Assembly: GCA_002633005.1 (NCBI GenBank)
Contig: NMRA01000026.1
Location: 1,570,710 to 1,634,709 of the forward strand
Direction: 5' to 3'
Length of the DNA: 64,000 nt
Source: Phoronis australis
Lineage: Eukaryota; Animalia; Phoronida
In this document: positions 34,901-49,900 of the stretch, in pieces
How the letters are laid out: every line of letters begins with the position of its first letter
Position numbering within the stretch: the stretch's first letter is position 1
Position numbers and translations under genes: made by a program
Notes under the pieces: model-generated
Databases searched by the model: none
What the model saw: only the letters and a program-made list of their open reading frames with translations
What the model was told of the DNA's origin: nothing

Positions 34901-37900
34901 CATTTTCTCTATTTTCATTTGACTCAAATGAATATACTCTTTATATTATAGAAGTCGGTTATATTCCAGAGTGTTTTCAACATGGCATGACTAACCAAAC
35001 TCTGGGTTTTATTACCACCCCTCTCCGACTCGTGTCTCTGCCAAACGCATGGCGCAAAACTTTCAACCAATCAGCAACTGTGTCACGCATCTTGTTATTT
35101 TCATTTGGTGTGAAGCTATTTTGAGCATATGCATTAGAGCGTAATCTCGCGATATCCATCATTAATCAGTGAGTGAATTGTGAAATTTGAGGCATATTGC
35201 TTGGATCTGATGGTTCCATTTGTATTTAGTGGCTGTATCTTCTTTAAACGAACATTAAGCTAAACATAGATACTTGTATTTTAGGTATTTGAAAAGTAGT
35301 TTTAACTGTCCGTTAATTTTAATCAGTAAGAGCTCATTTGCTGGTTGGCCTTATTGGATCACCCTGGTATACCTTCAGTTTATTGTAGTATCATACGAGC
35401 TGCTGATTAAAGGTGCCTGTGTTTAAACTTGCACATTTCCATTAAATTTGACTTTAAATTTGGCTAATTCTGAAGATTGGACATGGAATAGAACATATTT
35501 AAAAACAATGAAAATGGTCGTCCATTAGCTGATTAGGGGTGATACTGAAAATATTTCAGGTCATGCAAGCTATTTTTACTTTTTTACCCTAAAATGTGAA
35601 GTTATGAGACACCGGGTGGTGAATTTTGAACTGCCTTTATAAATTTTCATGCTGTAAACAGTACCTTTAAACAGATGTCCATAATGAATCATTGCATAGA
35701 AATGTTTTATTATAGTGACACCAACTCTAACTTAAAACAACCTTCCTGATTTCATGTCATTTATTGTTTTAGCAACGTGTCCTGACAGATGCCAAGAATA
35801 GTACCAAGTTTGGGAATTTTACTGGCGATGGCTACACAAGGTGAGATTTGTGTATCAGGTTTGATTCCAGGGGGTGCAGAACTTCCTCTGCTTGGTCACT
35901 TTTACATTGCTGTAATCGAGGAATTTCAGGCACCCGTCAAGTGTATCACTTGTCGGCCCCCTGTGGTCAAAATCCTCGTTTTGGTGCATTTCGCAGTATT
36001 TGTGCTGTGGGCATATATCATAATTTTAAAAGTTACATCACAATGATAAAAATGAAGTTTTCTTGTAACTAATAAATCAAATTTATGGGTCATTCAATAT
36101 GTAATGTTTCTGGTGAGTTTTAACATATCTGTGCAAAAAAATGTTGCATTGTGGTGGTGATATCTTGTCTTATTAAATTATCTGTAACATCATTTAAATT
36201 AATCAATAAAAACACATTTACAGCATAACTTGCTTGTATTTAAATACAAAAATAAGAAAATTCAAAGAAAGCAATTAATAAGTAATTTGTAAGTTTTATT
36301 TTAATTAGACAAAATAACTAACTTTTGTCACGTTCACAACTGATGGCGGGGCAAAAGTTTAATTTTGGAAAAAGCAGAATTGGTGATTTTCAGTTTAAAT
36401 TCCTTTCCTCTGACTATTTCAAATTAGTACTTCTTAATTAACAAATTTTATCGAAGCATAAAGCAAAATAACATGTTTTGCTTTGGCAATGTTTTGTTGC
36501 AGACATGACAAAAAGGCAGCCATATGACGAGGAGTTAAACATTTCAATTCAAATTTTTACAGGCAATGATCCAAAGTAGTTTTTCAAATATACTTTGAAG
36601 GTCTGTTGTTTCCTTTATTATATGTCTTTTGTTTTTCAAACCATTTACTAATTGGATTTGAATTTTACTCAAGGGAACTACATGAAAGTGCAGTAGTCAA
36701 ACCATTGTATTGCATATAATTAACAAAAGTCTATCAATAATGTATTTTCTCAGTTGTGAAAACCTCTGATGATCAATTCAAAAATACAGCTTTTCCAGTA
36801 TCAGGCCATCTGATAAAATTTCACAGAGGTTTAGAAAGTCAAAAGTACAAGGTTTGCCACAAAACAAATATAGTGAAATGCACCAGCTGTGTTTACAAAT
36901 TTGTGGGATTTTCTTTATTGTTTTCACGTGATGGCTAAAAATCACTGGGCTATTCATGTACTAGTTGCCATGTTGGGTCGGCTTCCCACAATCCATTGCA
37001 TCCATTATTATAGTCACACTAACATTTTATTCAAAATTGGTAAACATTGATTTTTGTTCCTGCTGTGTTCTTTTTGTAGCTTGTCCATTATCTATGCCAC
37101 CTTTGCTGTATGTAACTGGATAGCTCCACCTGTTGTTAGTATTTGTGGGCCGAGAATCACAATGATAATTGGTGGAATTCCTTACGGGTAAGATTGAGTT
37201 AATTTCTTCTTTTCCAAGTTTGCCTTCCATGTTTATACATGCCTTATTGATCAATGATATTTATTCAAGATACTTCAAAAAAATCTGGATTTCGAGATTC
37301 AGTTTGTTTGCCTTTTGAACATAGGGCCTATTTATGACTAGTTGGGCCCAGTATTGTCTTGAGAATCTACACAAACTATTATTATGTTACTTTGACTGCA
37401 GCGTCTGGTTTGGGAGCAAATTTTATGTTTCATATATTGAGAAAAATAAATGAAAATCTTCAAATATGAAATGACTACAAGCTAATTATTATGGCTGCAT
37501 GTTGCCTTGTTTAGCTGCAAAACAGTTGCAAAATGCAGCTTTAATTATTGCTAACACTCCGGTACTTCTTAACAATAGTAGAAATAAGTGAAGACAATGC
37601 CTTTGTTGCTACTTGTACAATGAAATTTATTACAAAAAAGTGGAATAACGCTTTACTGAAAGGATTAGGATGTATGTAAAGAGAAAGACATCAATTTGTA
37701 AATTATTTTTTTTTGTCATTTTAAACAAGGTGTAATCATATTAATTTTTTCGTTTCATACATGCAGTCTTTGTTATATACTAAGTTGTTATTGTGTTGAA
37801 GGTTGTTCATCGCCTCATTCCTATGGCCGATGACGTGGTCATTGTATCTTGGCTCTGTGTTGGTCGGTTTTGGTGCTGCTGGTAAGACAGTGAATAACTG

Positions 37901-40900
37901 CTCGTTACAAAGAAACAAAGCAAAAACATCCACAGTCGAACGTGTATTTAGGCTAATAATGTTTATAAACTTGCCTAACATACAATGTGTATTTCTGGTG
38001 CTGCCATGAGTAGTAACTAGTTGTTTTAGGTGTTGAGGTAATCTCAGAATAGTAAGGAAGCTTTAGATTTTTTATGCAATAGTGGAACATATTGAGAACT
38101 ATTCCCATCAACCTTGTGGAGAACAGTACTAAAATCACAGCTTCTTTTGAATACAATCAATCATTTCTGTAAATGATGCTAGCCAAACCTTAGACATTTT
38201 AATGGGGTTGTGCCTAACCATAAGAGACCTTTTAATGACTTGGTATAACCAGGCCTCTCATTTCTGAAGTGGTGACCTCCATGTGTGTTGATGCATCAAA
38301 TTTGGCATGAGAAGGCCTAGCAGCTGCTATCTTGCTGTTGTCCAAAGGTCAACATTTCACTTGTGTACAAAGTCTGCACTTCCAGAATGCATTAAATTGC
38401 TCACTTCAACCTCCTGACTGGACTTTAAAACCAGGCCAGAATTGATTGCTTATAACATATCAAAACTCCCATAAATACATTGAAGGGAAGTCCTAAAGAC
38501 ATTTCAAGAGTGTTTTGGGGTTTCATAATCTCTGACTGACTGATGGCTCTGCTGATTATAATCAAAGGAGTACAGTAACTTGTATGAAGCCTTTTTCCTT
38601 GTTGTTTCTTGTGTTTTCATTTGAAAGTATTACTTTGGCATTTGCTATTGATTTTGAGATGCTTTTTATGATTTGCTTGCCAAAATATATTAATGACTGC
38701 ATTTTATATTTTTTGTTGTTATCTTTCTCTCAAAAGTATTTTGGTGACTGAAAGCTATAGTTAAAGACATTTCAAGTAACATGAAGGTTTTATTAATGAA
38801 TGTGAAGTCATGCTACGATGCATTTCAAAATCATCTTGTGTGGACTTTTAATACTCCTGACAAGTTCTAGCTGACTAATTATAGTGATGATTGATCAGAT
38901 ACTGGTACCACCATTAGTTGCCAATAGAAACCCATCCTGTTGGGCATCGTCTTTGTACTTTGCCTATAGATAGTACAAGAACGGCTGTCGTCAAGAAGCC
39001 GGCTATCAGGATTACTCATCTAAGGTTCTTTTTTGTGGAGCATTAGTGAGGGCTTCCCAATTATAACATTGGGTAAATAAATTCATATAACGTGGACTAA
39101 AACTGGTGGTTTTTAAAACTCTTTGGCTTCTGAAATTAAACTCCTTGTGAGGAGTTAGGTTGCAATCATTTTTTAGCTGAAGAAATACAATAAAAATAGC
39201 CAAAAATGAATGTGTTAGATTTCAGGTTTTCTGTTACCCATTGAAAGGAAACAGTTAAGGAGAAAAATAATTTTGCTGAAATTAGATTTAGCGAGGAATT
39301 GAGTCCGCTATTTATGCTGTTACAGCCAAACGCTCTTCTGCTCAGCCAAATCCCCCGTGTTAAATAGCAGTGAATTTTAAGCGTATTTGAATGGCAAAGG
39401 CATTGGTCTTTATTTCAGCAAAATGTCTAACAGGCAACAGTGTGAATTTGGTGATTTTTATTAAAATCGCAAAAATAGCAAATTTTGTTTGTTTACCTCT
39501 CGTCAAAACTAATAATACAAGAAATTTACCCCCATTTAACAACAGTCTCAAAATTGCATTTTTCGGGGCTGTGCGAAAACAATAATCGGGGCTGTGCGAA
39601 AACAATAATGTCGCTTTGATGAAAGAAGTTCCAGTGGTCTTAGTTACTCTTTGGACCTAGGTAACATGACCTTGACACAACAAACAACAAAAATGCATTG
39701 AGGAATTGGTCATCTGATCAGTAAATCTTGCATAACTTGTAAACAAACTAAAAACAGAGCCCTAAGCAAAGCTAGGTGCGCCCTATTGCTTACTTCACTA
39801 GACGCACGCTACAACACAAGCTGTGGTCAAGCCACCAGCACAGGTGGTACATAATTGGCCTGCCAGACCTGATGCTGGACAAAACATTGTGGCAATACTT
39901 AACAGTGGATTAGAGTGATATCTGGAGTAGCCTTGATTTAAAAACTACTGTCATCTGGAGTTTTTTGTAATGATCCAGATTTCACTACTCCTGTTGCCTT
40001 TTGTAAACTCAAAACCAAAACTCGATGTATATGTTAACTCTTAATTACACAAAAATAGAACATGCGCACTGTTTAGCACTGTTTAGCTATGGAGCTTTCT
40101 CTTCTCTTCAGCCCCTTGCCACATGAATTGTGCCTTCAAAATATTATAGACAGAATGCTAGATAATGGCATGTTTTGGCAAGCCAATCTAAAAAATGACC
40201 GATTGAAAGCTTTATTTTCAAATGATAACCAAAAATTAATAATTATATAGATATAGTTCAACCCACTTGATTACGTACTGTTTGCAGTGCTGTTGTGGGC
40301 ACATTTCAATGCTCTGTGTTGCTATTATTTCATTTTTTAACAGTTGACCCTCCGCTTTAATTGCTTTCAAATGTTTTTAGTAATTTGGACTGCTCAAGGA
40401 AGTTTTCTGACACTCAACTCGGACGAACAAACTGTGTCTCGAAACAGTGGCTTGTTCTGGGCATTATTCCAGTGTAGGCAAGTATCAGTGGTGGACAAAG
40501 AGGCCATGACCTAGACATATTTCTTTTCTTCTTCCACAACAATTTTGTGACAGTTGCACGAGGCTATTAACAACATGCATTTTCTCTACTTATTAAAAAG
40601 GCTCTGTGATATGCCTACCTTACAACATGATGTTGTTCAAACTAATTAATACCCATATAGAGCCTGATTGGTGTGGGTAGCTCATTTAGAATGCATCCAT
40701 GTATATACTTATGAGCCTGTATTCATCTATATTGGTTTCATACTCTTAAAGGAGATTTCGTTCATGTTTAGTTGTCGGTGTTTAATTTTTAACTGACACT
40801 CTTTGGAGTTAAGAAAGATTACCATACCTTTCTAATCTTGAATTGTTATAGAATTGGCTGGCAACTCAACTCACTTACAGTGCATACATGTGCCTTTTTA

Positions 40901-43900
40901 TGCGTCCACTGTATATGTGGACGCATTATGCCGTCATCTCTGTTGGTCCATCTGGCATCCATCCGGCGTCTGCTGCTCTATCTCCAAAACCCTTTGACAT
41001 ATGTTCATGAAATTTTGTACGTGTTCCTTTCACGTATGGGATGGTAAGAGCAAACTTTCAGACAGATCCGACTACCTGTGTGCCCCCTAGTGGCAATTTT
41101 AGTTTTTTACGTTTACTTCTGTATCTTCAAAGGTCCTCACCATATTTTCATAAAATGTGGCGTATCATCATCTATTAGTGAGTTGACGCTATCCTCCTGT
41201 TTTCGGATGGATTCGACGTAGTTTGCATCACGTAGTGGCCATTTTTACTATTTTTAGTCTGTCTTTTAGCGTCCACCCCTCTATCAACCAAAAGCGCTCT
41301 AAGGATGATTTTGAAAATTGGCATGTATGTTGTTATTATGAAGAGAACGGCTCATGGTGATTTTTCGATGACTTCGACTACTGTGGCACCTCCTAGTGGC
41401 ATTTTTTTGTGTGTTGCTCTTGTTTAATTTTTAGTTTTAGAGTTAGTCAACCCCAATAAACTGAAGTGTTTTCTTGAGGTTGCTGGTGGTTTTGATGTTT
41501 TTGTTGATATTGGAATGGAGCCCAGTCACTATAAGGAATATTATGTGGATGATTTTAAGAGCTGAAGTGGCTTAGTTTATTTTTCATTTTTAGCAGCTAA
41601 ATACTGCAGTTTTAACTGAGGAACTACAGTAAAATAAGCGTAAGTTGGATCCAACTGCGACATTTTACCCTAGTAAGGTAAAATGAGACATATCTGAAAG
41701 GCAGCGTGTATGGACTAGAATAACTGTACTGTGGAACTATGTCCGAGTTAAGTGACTTACTGTTGTGATCCAACACTTTATTTGCATCAATATATCTACG
41801 TTGTAGTGACAATTGTTCGGCATTGTATTTTCATTTTAAAAGTACTGTTTTTATCTTGGGTGGCGCCTTGACCAGATGTAAAATTGACACTAACCTTTCC
41901 CTCCATCTTGTTTTCAGCTTTTTATTTGGGAACCTATTTGTCTACTTCCAACTGCAAGGTGTTACCGTCATATCTGACACATTGCGATTCACACTATACG
42001 CAGTGCTTGCTGTAGCGTGTGGTTTGGGTATACTAACACTTCTCATTCTACGGCGACCACCTGTAAATAATGAGCTTGGAGACATTATTGTCAATGAGCA
42101 GTAAGTGTTACTCTTTCCTTGGTCAATGAAATGTATTATTACATGGCCATTGATACTTCTGTCCTCTGATTAGCAAAATCACGACACAGTAACTTCTGAT
42201 CTATTGACCAATGTGGCCTTGGCATATCACTTTTCAATCGGCTGCCTGGACGTCAGGTACCACTGTTCTTGGTCTGACCAATCAACTATAAACCATGACC
42301 ACAAACCAAGCAAACAATGTCACTACATCAAAGCATGCAAAGTAATGTTAATAAGAGACAAAAAATTAGGTTAAAGAAGAATCAGTGGTTGTGCAATTAA
42401 ACAAATATGGAGCGATCCCTTGGGTGTATCAGGCCATGTGTATTTAACCCTCGGTTAATACTGTTCTCCTTTGGTCCTCATAAACTTTTTGATATCGCCC
42501 TCGTGATTGTTCCATATTTGTAAAATCGTGCATTCATTCAAAAAGCTTTCAGCTTGAACAAATTTTTCATTAAGGCTAACTTGTGAATTTGAAAGCCACT
42601 GACATAAGCATTTTATCACGAAGGGAATAACAGTTGCTAAAAGCTCCATCTTCAGTGGAAAAATGTTGTTTTGGGATGGACCCTTTGTTTGATTTTTGAA
42701 TGTGGGGAGTTGACTGCTTCAAGTTCAAGGCGAAAATTCACCTAGTACGTTATCTTGATTTATTTGAGTCCATAGTTTGCATCTGCTTTCTCAAGTCTTC
42801 ATTTGGGGATTTTTGGTGGTTTATGTAAAATTGTGATTTTTATGGAACATGTAGGATTTATTGTTTGGAACCAATTACCTATATCTGGGACAATAAAATC
42901 AGAATCATGTTATCTACTCTTTATGAATGACCACAAAGGTCACAAAAGACACAAATGCTCAAATATTAATTCCATATTTGCTATTTTGCAGACGTGGTAG
43001 AATATGTTCCAGTGCAGTTGATGCCTTCAGTAAGTATTGGTTCCCTGAGTCATCTACAGTCCAATGCTCTGGTAATGGTTACTTCCGTGTAATACAGTTG
43101 ACCCAGCTGGAACACCAGGTATTTTTGAAACTTCAAATTATTTCTCGAAGATGTTTCATATCTGCGCCTGTATGAACTTCAGTCATAACTGCAAGTCATG
43201 TGACTCTCAAAATGGAGAAAGTTGTCAAAAGCGCAGCTCCTGCTGCTGCTCTAGCCAGCCAGCTAGTTGTATGAAGACTGTCATGAAAGTACAGCTAGGA
43301 ATCACTGTGTGTTAAGTTCCAACAGACCTCAAATTTTCCCACTGCTCGTCACCTTGTCGTGAAACATGTAGAGCTAACAACCAGCAGTGGTGCATTCAAA
43401 ATCTCTGAGCCTGTTGCAGCTGTTTAAGTGAACAACATTCCAATAAATAATATTTTGTTGCATAATTCTCTGCCTTTTGTAACAAAGAAAAGTCTATCAT
43501 CATTTTGGAAACAGCTCATACATATATATATATATATGACACGCGCACGCACCATTTCCTAAATTTTTTGCAGGGGATGTTGGCAACTTCGTAGCAACAA
43601 AATTTATTGTGAAATTCAGATTGCTGGTACTAAAATTCTTAAAACTTGTAACGAATTGAAACCAGTTCTGATAATTTGTTGTGACTTGTTTGCAACCTCG
43701 TGAAAGTTACAGTTGATTGAAGAATCGGCGAAAAAAGAAACTGACCAATAGGTGATGCTATATTTCATAGCGCTGCAAGCTGACGCATCAAATCACTTCA
43801 CAACTTTAGGAGCAGAATAATGGTGGAATGCCAATTTTTCTTACGCCGGTAAATAATTTAGTTTACTCGAGAAAGTATGTAGTTCTTAATGACAATAATT

Positions 43901-46900
43901 TTTGTCAGATTTTATTTGGCCAGTTTTTTTTACCTGCCATTGGAGCAAAGCTGCATATTTAGTATACAGCTTTGCACCAAGGCTACTGCTGCTACAGCTC
44001 CTGTTGCTGGGTGTGACCTTTGACACCTGCTGGGTGTGACCTTTGACACCTGCTACTAGGCTAAGTTTGTAATTTCACTGTTTCTTGACCAAATCTCTTT
44101 GGTGTTAAGATTGAACTTCAAACGTGCAGATATGAAACAGCTACGAGTGATAGCTTGAAGCTAAGAAAATACCCAAGCTGTTCCAATTCTGAATGAAGCT
44201 GATGCCACACTATTTCTTACTCTCCAATATGCTGGAAATACTGTGGAAAGCTAACTCTTGGCACTTTGGGCAATCAACAACTCTGAGATATTTTTGATGC
44301 TGTGAATGGAAGTTATTTTGTTGTATTGCCTTATAAAATAAATTTCCTTAATTTATTCTAGGTTTTACACATTTTTTGTGCAAGTATTTGTTTGTTGAAG
44401 TGAGCAGAAACTCTACAGTACTCTTTACCTTTGAGTTCATCGCAGAATTTTGTGATTTAAGTCAACATTTTTTAAACAAAATATACGGTTTTTCATAGAA
44501 CTCATTCGTTGTCTAGCAAGGGACGATGAGAAACAATTTTAACGAAGATCTATTTCTGCCATTCCAAGTTTGAAGCCAGCTTGTTTGAGTATTCTGCTTT
44601 CTGCTGTAAATTGACTGCTAAGTACTTGTTACTGCAGATGTAGAAAATTGAAATGTGATGATATGTATGATTACGTGACTTACTTTCATTTTAGAAAAGT
44701 CCATTGATTTGCTCAGGACCAAGAATATGTTACTGCTGTCTGTAACATTTTTATACACAGGTAACCCCTTTCATTGCATTTAATCAGAATGTGTTAACGC
44801 ATTGCATGTATTGTAAAGTAACAGAACCTATCACATCTGAATACATTTGTTTTTTGTTAATTTGCTGCTCTTAAATGTTCTCCAAATTTTGCTGTTGTTT
44901 GTTAAAATTATATCACGGTGGTATTATTTTACTCACAAAAATCTCATGAAAATATTATTTGCTCGGAAGCATGAACCAAAAACTTATTATTTGATATTAA
45001 CTTTGAGATGGTAGTAGTTATTGCATGCTGCTCACGTGCCACTAATTTGGCTGTGAATGTGGCTATAGTTTGTAACTGTGTCACTGTCTCATATGAGTCA
45101 AATAATTTACTTAAGACCTGCAGATTGATTTAAAAATGTCACCAGTTTGAGTTGTCATAAACAACTGCAAGATTAGTAAACATCAACACTTTGTGTGCAG
45201 TATTTTCTGAAACTTGAGTGCAGAAAGTGTCACTGATTGACACACACGCACATAAGCACGCACACACACGCACGCACACGCACACACACGCACACACACG
45301 CACACATACACATATACACACTGGTAGCTTGGTTAACTCAGTATTATGGAGATCTTGTGTTCAACTTCTTGTTAATTATTTTGTTAATTTTCAGGTTTTG
45401 AGTTGAATTTCTTTGGAGGTGTTTACAGTACATGTGTCGGGAATACAATCAACTTTGGTGACGAGGCTAATTCTTTGATTGGTCTATGTGGCATTTTCAT
45501 AGGTGCTGGAGAGGTCATAGGTAGGTCAGAAGGTTAAATAAGTGTCTTAAGAGATTGATCGCTAGTGTGAATGATTCTTACCAGTTGGTGTTACATCAGG
45601 CATTTACTACAGTGCCAGAACTTTTATGACCGGCTTCTTTTGTTTAGGAATTAGGGAACTGAGATAGGTGTCTGTGTTAAGTAGTGTCTATGGAAATATT
45701 CTTTGCCACCCATTTTAGTCGCTGTGCATTATAAAAACTAAATTTGTCATTGAAAATTGAACTTTTTCGTTGTCTGAATGGCAAAATTCAGTTAACTTCC
45801 ACAGGAAACATAATGCGTGACTTAGCTATGACAAACCTTAAGCTAATTCTAAGATAAAACTTCAAGTTGTCCTATTAAAATCCATTCCAAGAAAGTGATC
45901 ATAATTTTAACATAAGTTTTTTACTTAATAGTTTTGTCTTAAGTTTTACTAACTTACCAGATGTGGAAGTTTCAAAGTTTGGAAGTTGACACAAATCTTA
46001 GACTTCAGTCAGTTTCTTAGAATGGGCCTCTATTGTGCAACAGTCTTGAGCAACACAGTGACACTTGACTTATGTGCCTCATCCCTTATCAGAGTGATTC
46101 TAATGCACCCTAAGGACTGCAGTAAAATTTGAAAAGTGTAAGGGCATCATGTAACTTGTAACGTTTGGCATACTGTGACAGTTCACAATTTGGCATACTG
46201 TGACAGTTCACAGTTTGGCATACTGTGACAGTTCACAGTTTGGCATACTGTGACAGTTCACAGTTTGGCATACTGTCAGTGACAGTTCACAGTTTGGCAT
46301 ACTGTGACAGTTCACAGTTTGGCATACTGTGACAGTTCACAGTTTGGCAAACTGTGACAGTTCACAGTTTGGCATACTGTGACAGTTCACAGTTTGGCAT
46401 ACTGTGACAGTTCACAGTTTGGCATACTGTGACAGTTCACAGTTTGGCATACTGTGACAGTTCACAGTTTGGCATACTGTGACAGTTCACAGTTTGGCAT
46501 ACTGTGACAGTTCACAATTTCAGTTGGGGTCGCAAATCTTGTTTTATGTAACAAATGTTGAAATTTGCAGAATTGGTATTACTCAGTGTAACATTTAGTC
46601 CGTATGTCTTATGTTGATGTTCAGCTCAGTCTGACATGTCCTGTTCACAGGTGGCGCTTTGTTTGGACTGGCTGGCAACAAAACAAACAAGCATGGACGT
46701 GATCCAATTACATTACTAGGCTACTTTACGCACATAGTGGCTTTCTATCTCATCTTTATCAACATCCCAACTTATGCGCCAATACAAAAAACTGACCAAT
46801 TGGTGGATAACTGGATAGTCCCAAAGTAAGCTCATAAATTGATAATAATAATTTATAGTATAATTCGAAACAGTGTAATCATCTCCATTCTTTGGCTATT

Positions 46901-49900
46901 GGTGTATAATTTTTTCTTTATCTGGGATAAAGTTACCCAATGTCAAGTCCTGGTGATTGATTTCAAACCCTTGTTTAACACATATTTTGTATTTTTGAAT
47001 ACAACTTGTTGTTTGATATCTACCAAGTTTCATGTTTCAACCCCATGTTTCTCACCTGTTACTGGACAAACAAGATATTTACCCTCCGTTACAAATCTGG
47101 ATACAAGTTTTGCACATGTAAACTAAATGCAAACAAAGTATAAATTATAACTTCCAAAACTTACTGTAATGTAATGTAGTTTTCCCAACATTGCTGACCT
47201 CTGTGCCTGGCTCCATCTACTGGAGATTGATGACTGACTGGTGCAAGGCCGTGCACCATGAGTCAGACAATGTAAATCTAACTCCTGCGTGTCGCCCAAA
47301 CACCCCGGTTAAATCGTGAACTCTCTACGTCCACCCCCCTGACATCCTTTGTTTCGGAATGAGTGTCCCATGTCATTAAGACAGTTGAGCATTGTCGAGA
47401 TTGTACCAGTGATACGAGCCCTGTAGTGTTGTGCCATGTGCTTTGTGAGTGGTTGTTCCATCTCAACAATGTAAGAGTCTTCACACTTATCACCGTCACT
47501 CAAAATGTGATACACCACTCCACTTACATTATCGTGCTTGGCTTGTCCTTGGAATCACTAAAGTACTTCTGAATGTGTCAACAGGCATGTGTGTTCTAAT
47601 AAATTCTGCGTAGATCCTCAGTGAGATTTTTAATGTATGGGGTAGCAGCATTCTGGTGGAAAATGTTTGTGAGGCTCTGTAAATAGTCCAGTCAGGGTAT
47701 CTACCATTATTTCGATTACCTTTGAAATGTTTTTTCACCCCACTGACTGCCTCGGCAATGGTGCAAATAGTCTCAACGCAATGGAGTCCCTCTTTGAATA
47801 GACACCTAGTTGTCAGATTTACGTTGTCTCACTCATGGGCCAGGTCTCTGCACCTGTTGTGTGAACACTGGCAGAGGGCGATGCAATTGCCAAGGAAACC
47901 AGTCAGTCATTACTCTCCAGTATAAGAAGCCAGATGGCTATGCAACATTGGGAAAATTATATTACAGTAAGTTCCATAAATAATTATTTATAATTTTTCG
48001 TGTCTAGTAATTCACCTGAATGAATGATAATGTCCATCATCAGTAAACATGGTTTGATTTGACTGGAACATAGTCAAGACGTTCCCCTAAGATGTATCAT
48101 TGCAATTAGACAATATACAACTACTGTTATCAGTGTTAGACATATATGACCATGGAGACAGTGCAGATTTATGAGATAAGAAGGTTATTATTCAATGGAA
48201 GTCAACTTGTGTGATACCTAGTTAGAGTAGCCATGTGATAAACACTTGTGGTGTCACAGATGTTTGTTTGTGTTAAGGCTCTTTAGGACACTAGTGGCAA
48301 GTCTGTGTGTTCAGCCAAATATCTAGAAAAGCACAGAATTGAACTGGAGAAAAGTGTTTACTTTCTAAAAGCAGAAAGCATGTAAAGGTTGATTTGTGGT
48401 TTCATACCAATCTACTGTTGATTGGATGATGTGAACATGTCTTCTTTGTAAAATTTATCAAAATGAAGAGGCATAATTATAACAGAACAACGTATGAATA
48501 ACATGACCAAATGTCATTTGAAATAAACGTTCAAAAGAATTGTTATCTAAGTTTATCATTTCATTATAGTTTGATCCAACTTGTCTTTTTTCAATAAAGT
48601 CATTCAAGTCCTCATGTACATGTGAATCAATATATAAATAGTTAATGCAGAGCAGTGTAGAAAGTATTGGAAAGTTTCATATGAATCAAGTCAGCCATTT
48701 TTGAGGTGTGATGTTTCAAAGCTTGTCCAAGGGTCCTGTGTAACCGCTGAAATTTCTGCATGATCTAATCATCTCAGGGGCATATCTTGGCTGTGGTTGG
48801 TTTATGGTAATCTGATACAATGTCAGTTTTGGATTGTTACTTTCCAGCAAGTACCTAGCCATTGCCTGTGCTTTCATGTTGGGATTTGGTGATGCAAGCT
48901 TTAACACACAAGTAAGTTCATTTTAACTGCATTCAAATTAAATTTTCACAATTCATAATTTAGTGATAGACAAAGTTGTTAGCATTACCATTAACACGAT
49001 GCTGTGCTTTATCTCTGTTAAAATGACAAGTTGCCATTAATGTTGATAGCTTTAAAGTATATTTTATTTCAGTAAAAATGGTAATTTTCAACTGTTTTCC
49101 TGTTGTGCCAATAAAGATTAGTGTTTACCTTTCCATTTTTGTTATTATCAAAGAAATTATAGATTCACTTAAGGAATTTTTGATAATCACTTTGCAACCT
49201 CATGTTGAGTATTGTATTCTTCAATGCAGATATACTCCCTACTTGGCTATATGTATGCAGATGATAGTGCGCCTGCCTTTGCAATTTTCAAGTGTACACA
49301 GGTAAGCCTAATTGTAGATAGATGAGACCAGAGACCGTGATGTGTACTCTAAAATCATTTATCCTAAACGCGTGATAGTATGTCCATGAAATACGGGTCG
49401 TATTGTGAGGTTTGATATGGAAGAACTACTTTTCCGTATTCAACGCATGTTGAATACGGATGCCTTCTTTCTCGCCAAAATTCCCTGCTGAGCACACAAT
49501 ACACTACAATTAGTAGAAACATTATTGTATATATAGCATCAATTTGGGTTCAGCTTCGTGCGCAATATTTTCAAATTCCGATACTATAATATGCGTTCTC
49601 AAGACTAAACAAAAAGTGAAATAAAAATATTGTTGACAATTTTTCTAAGTATACCGTGAAATTTTGCACCTGAGCAGAACACTTAAATTACAAAAAGTCT
49701 ATGTATTTGGGATTAAGAAAGCAATATACATTACCAATGCATGCCTCCTTTTGATCACCTATTGCACTACACCAGTTGAGGTTCTTTACGGTCAAATATG
49801 AGTCAATTTTTAAATTCGTTCTCAAAACAATCAAAATACGTCGAGCCGAAAAAAAGTGCAACTGTATTTTTGTCAATTTTATGATAACACTGACGAAAAA

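Noticed and set aside
46163-46520. CRISPR-like array
   Set aside because: Units are head-to-tail with no unique spacers, and the context is a eukaryotic intron; it is a minisatellite. The same applies to 61364-61527.
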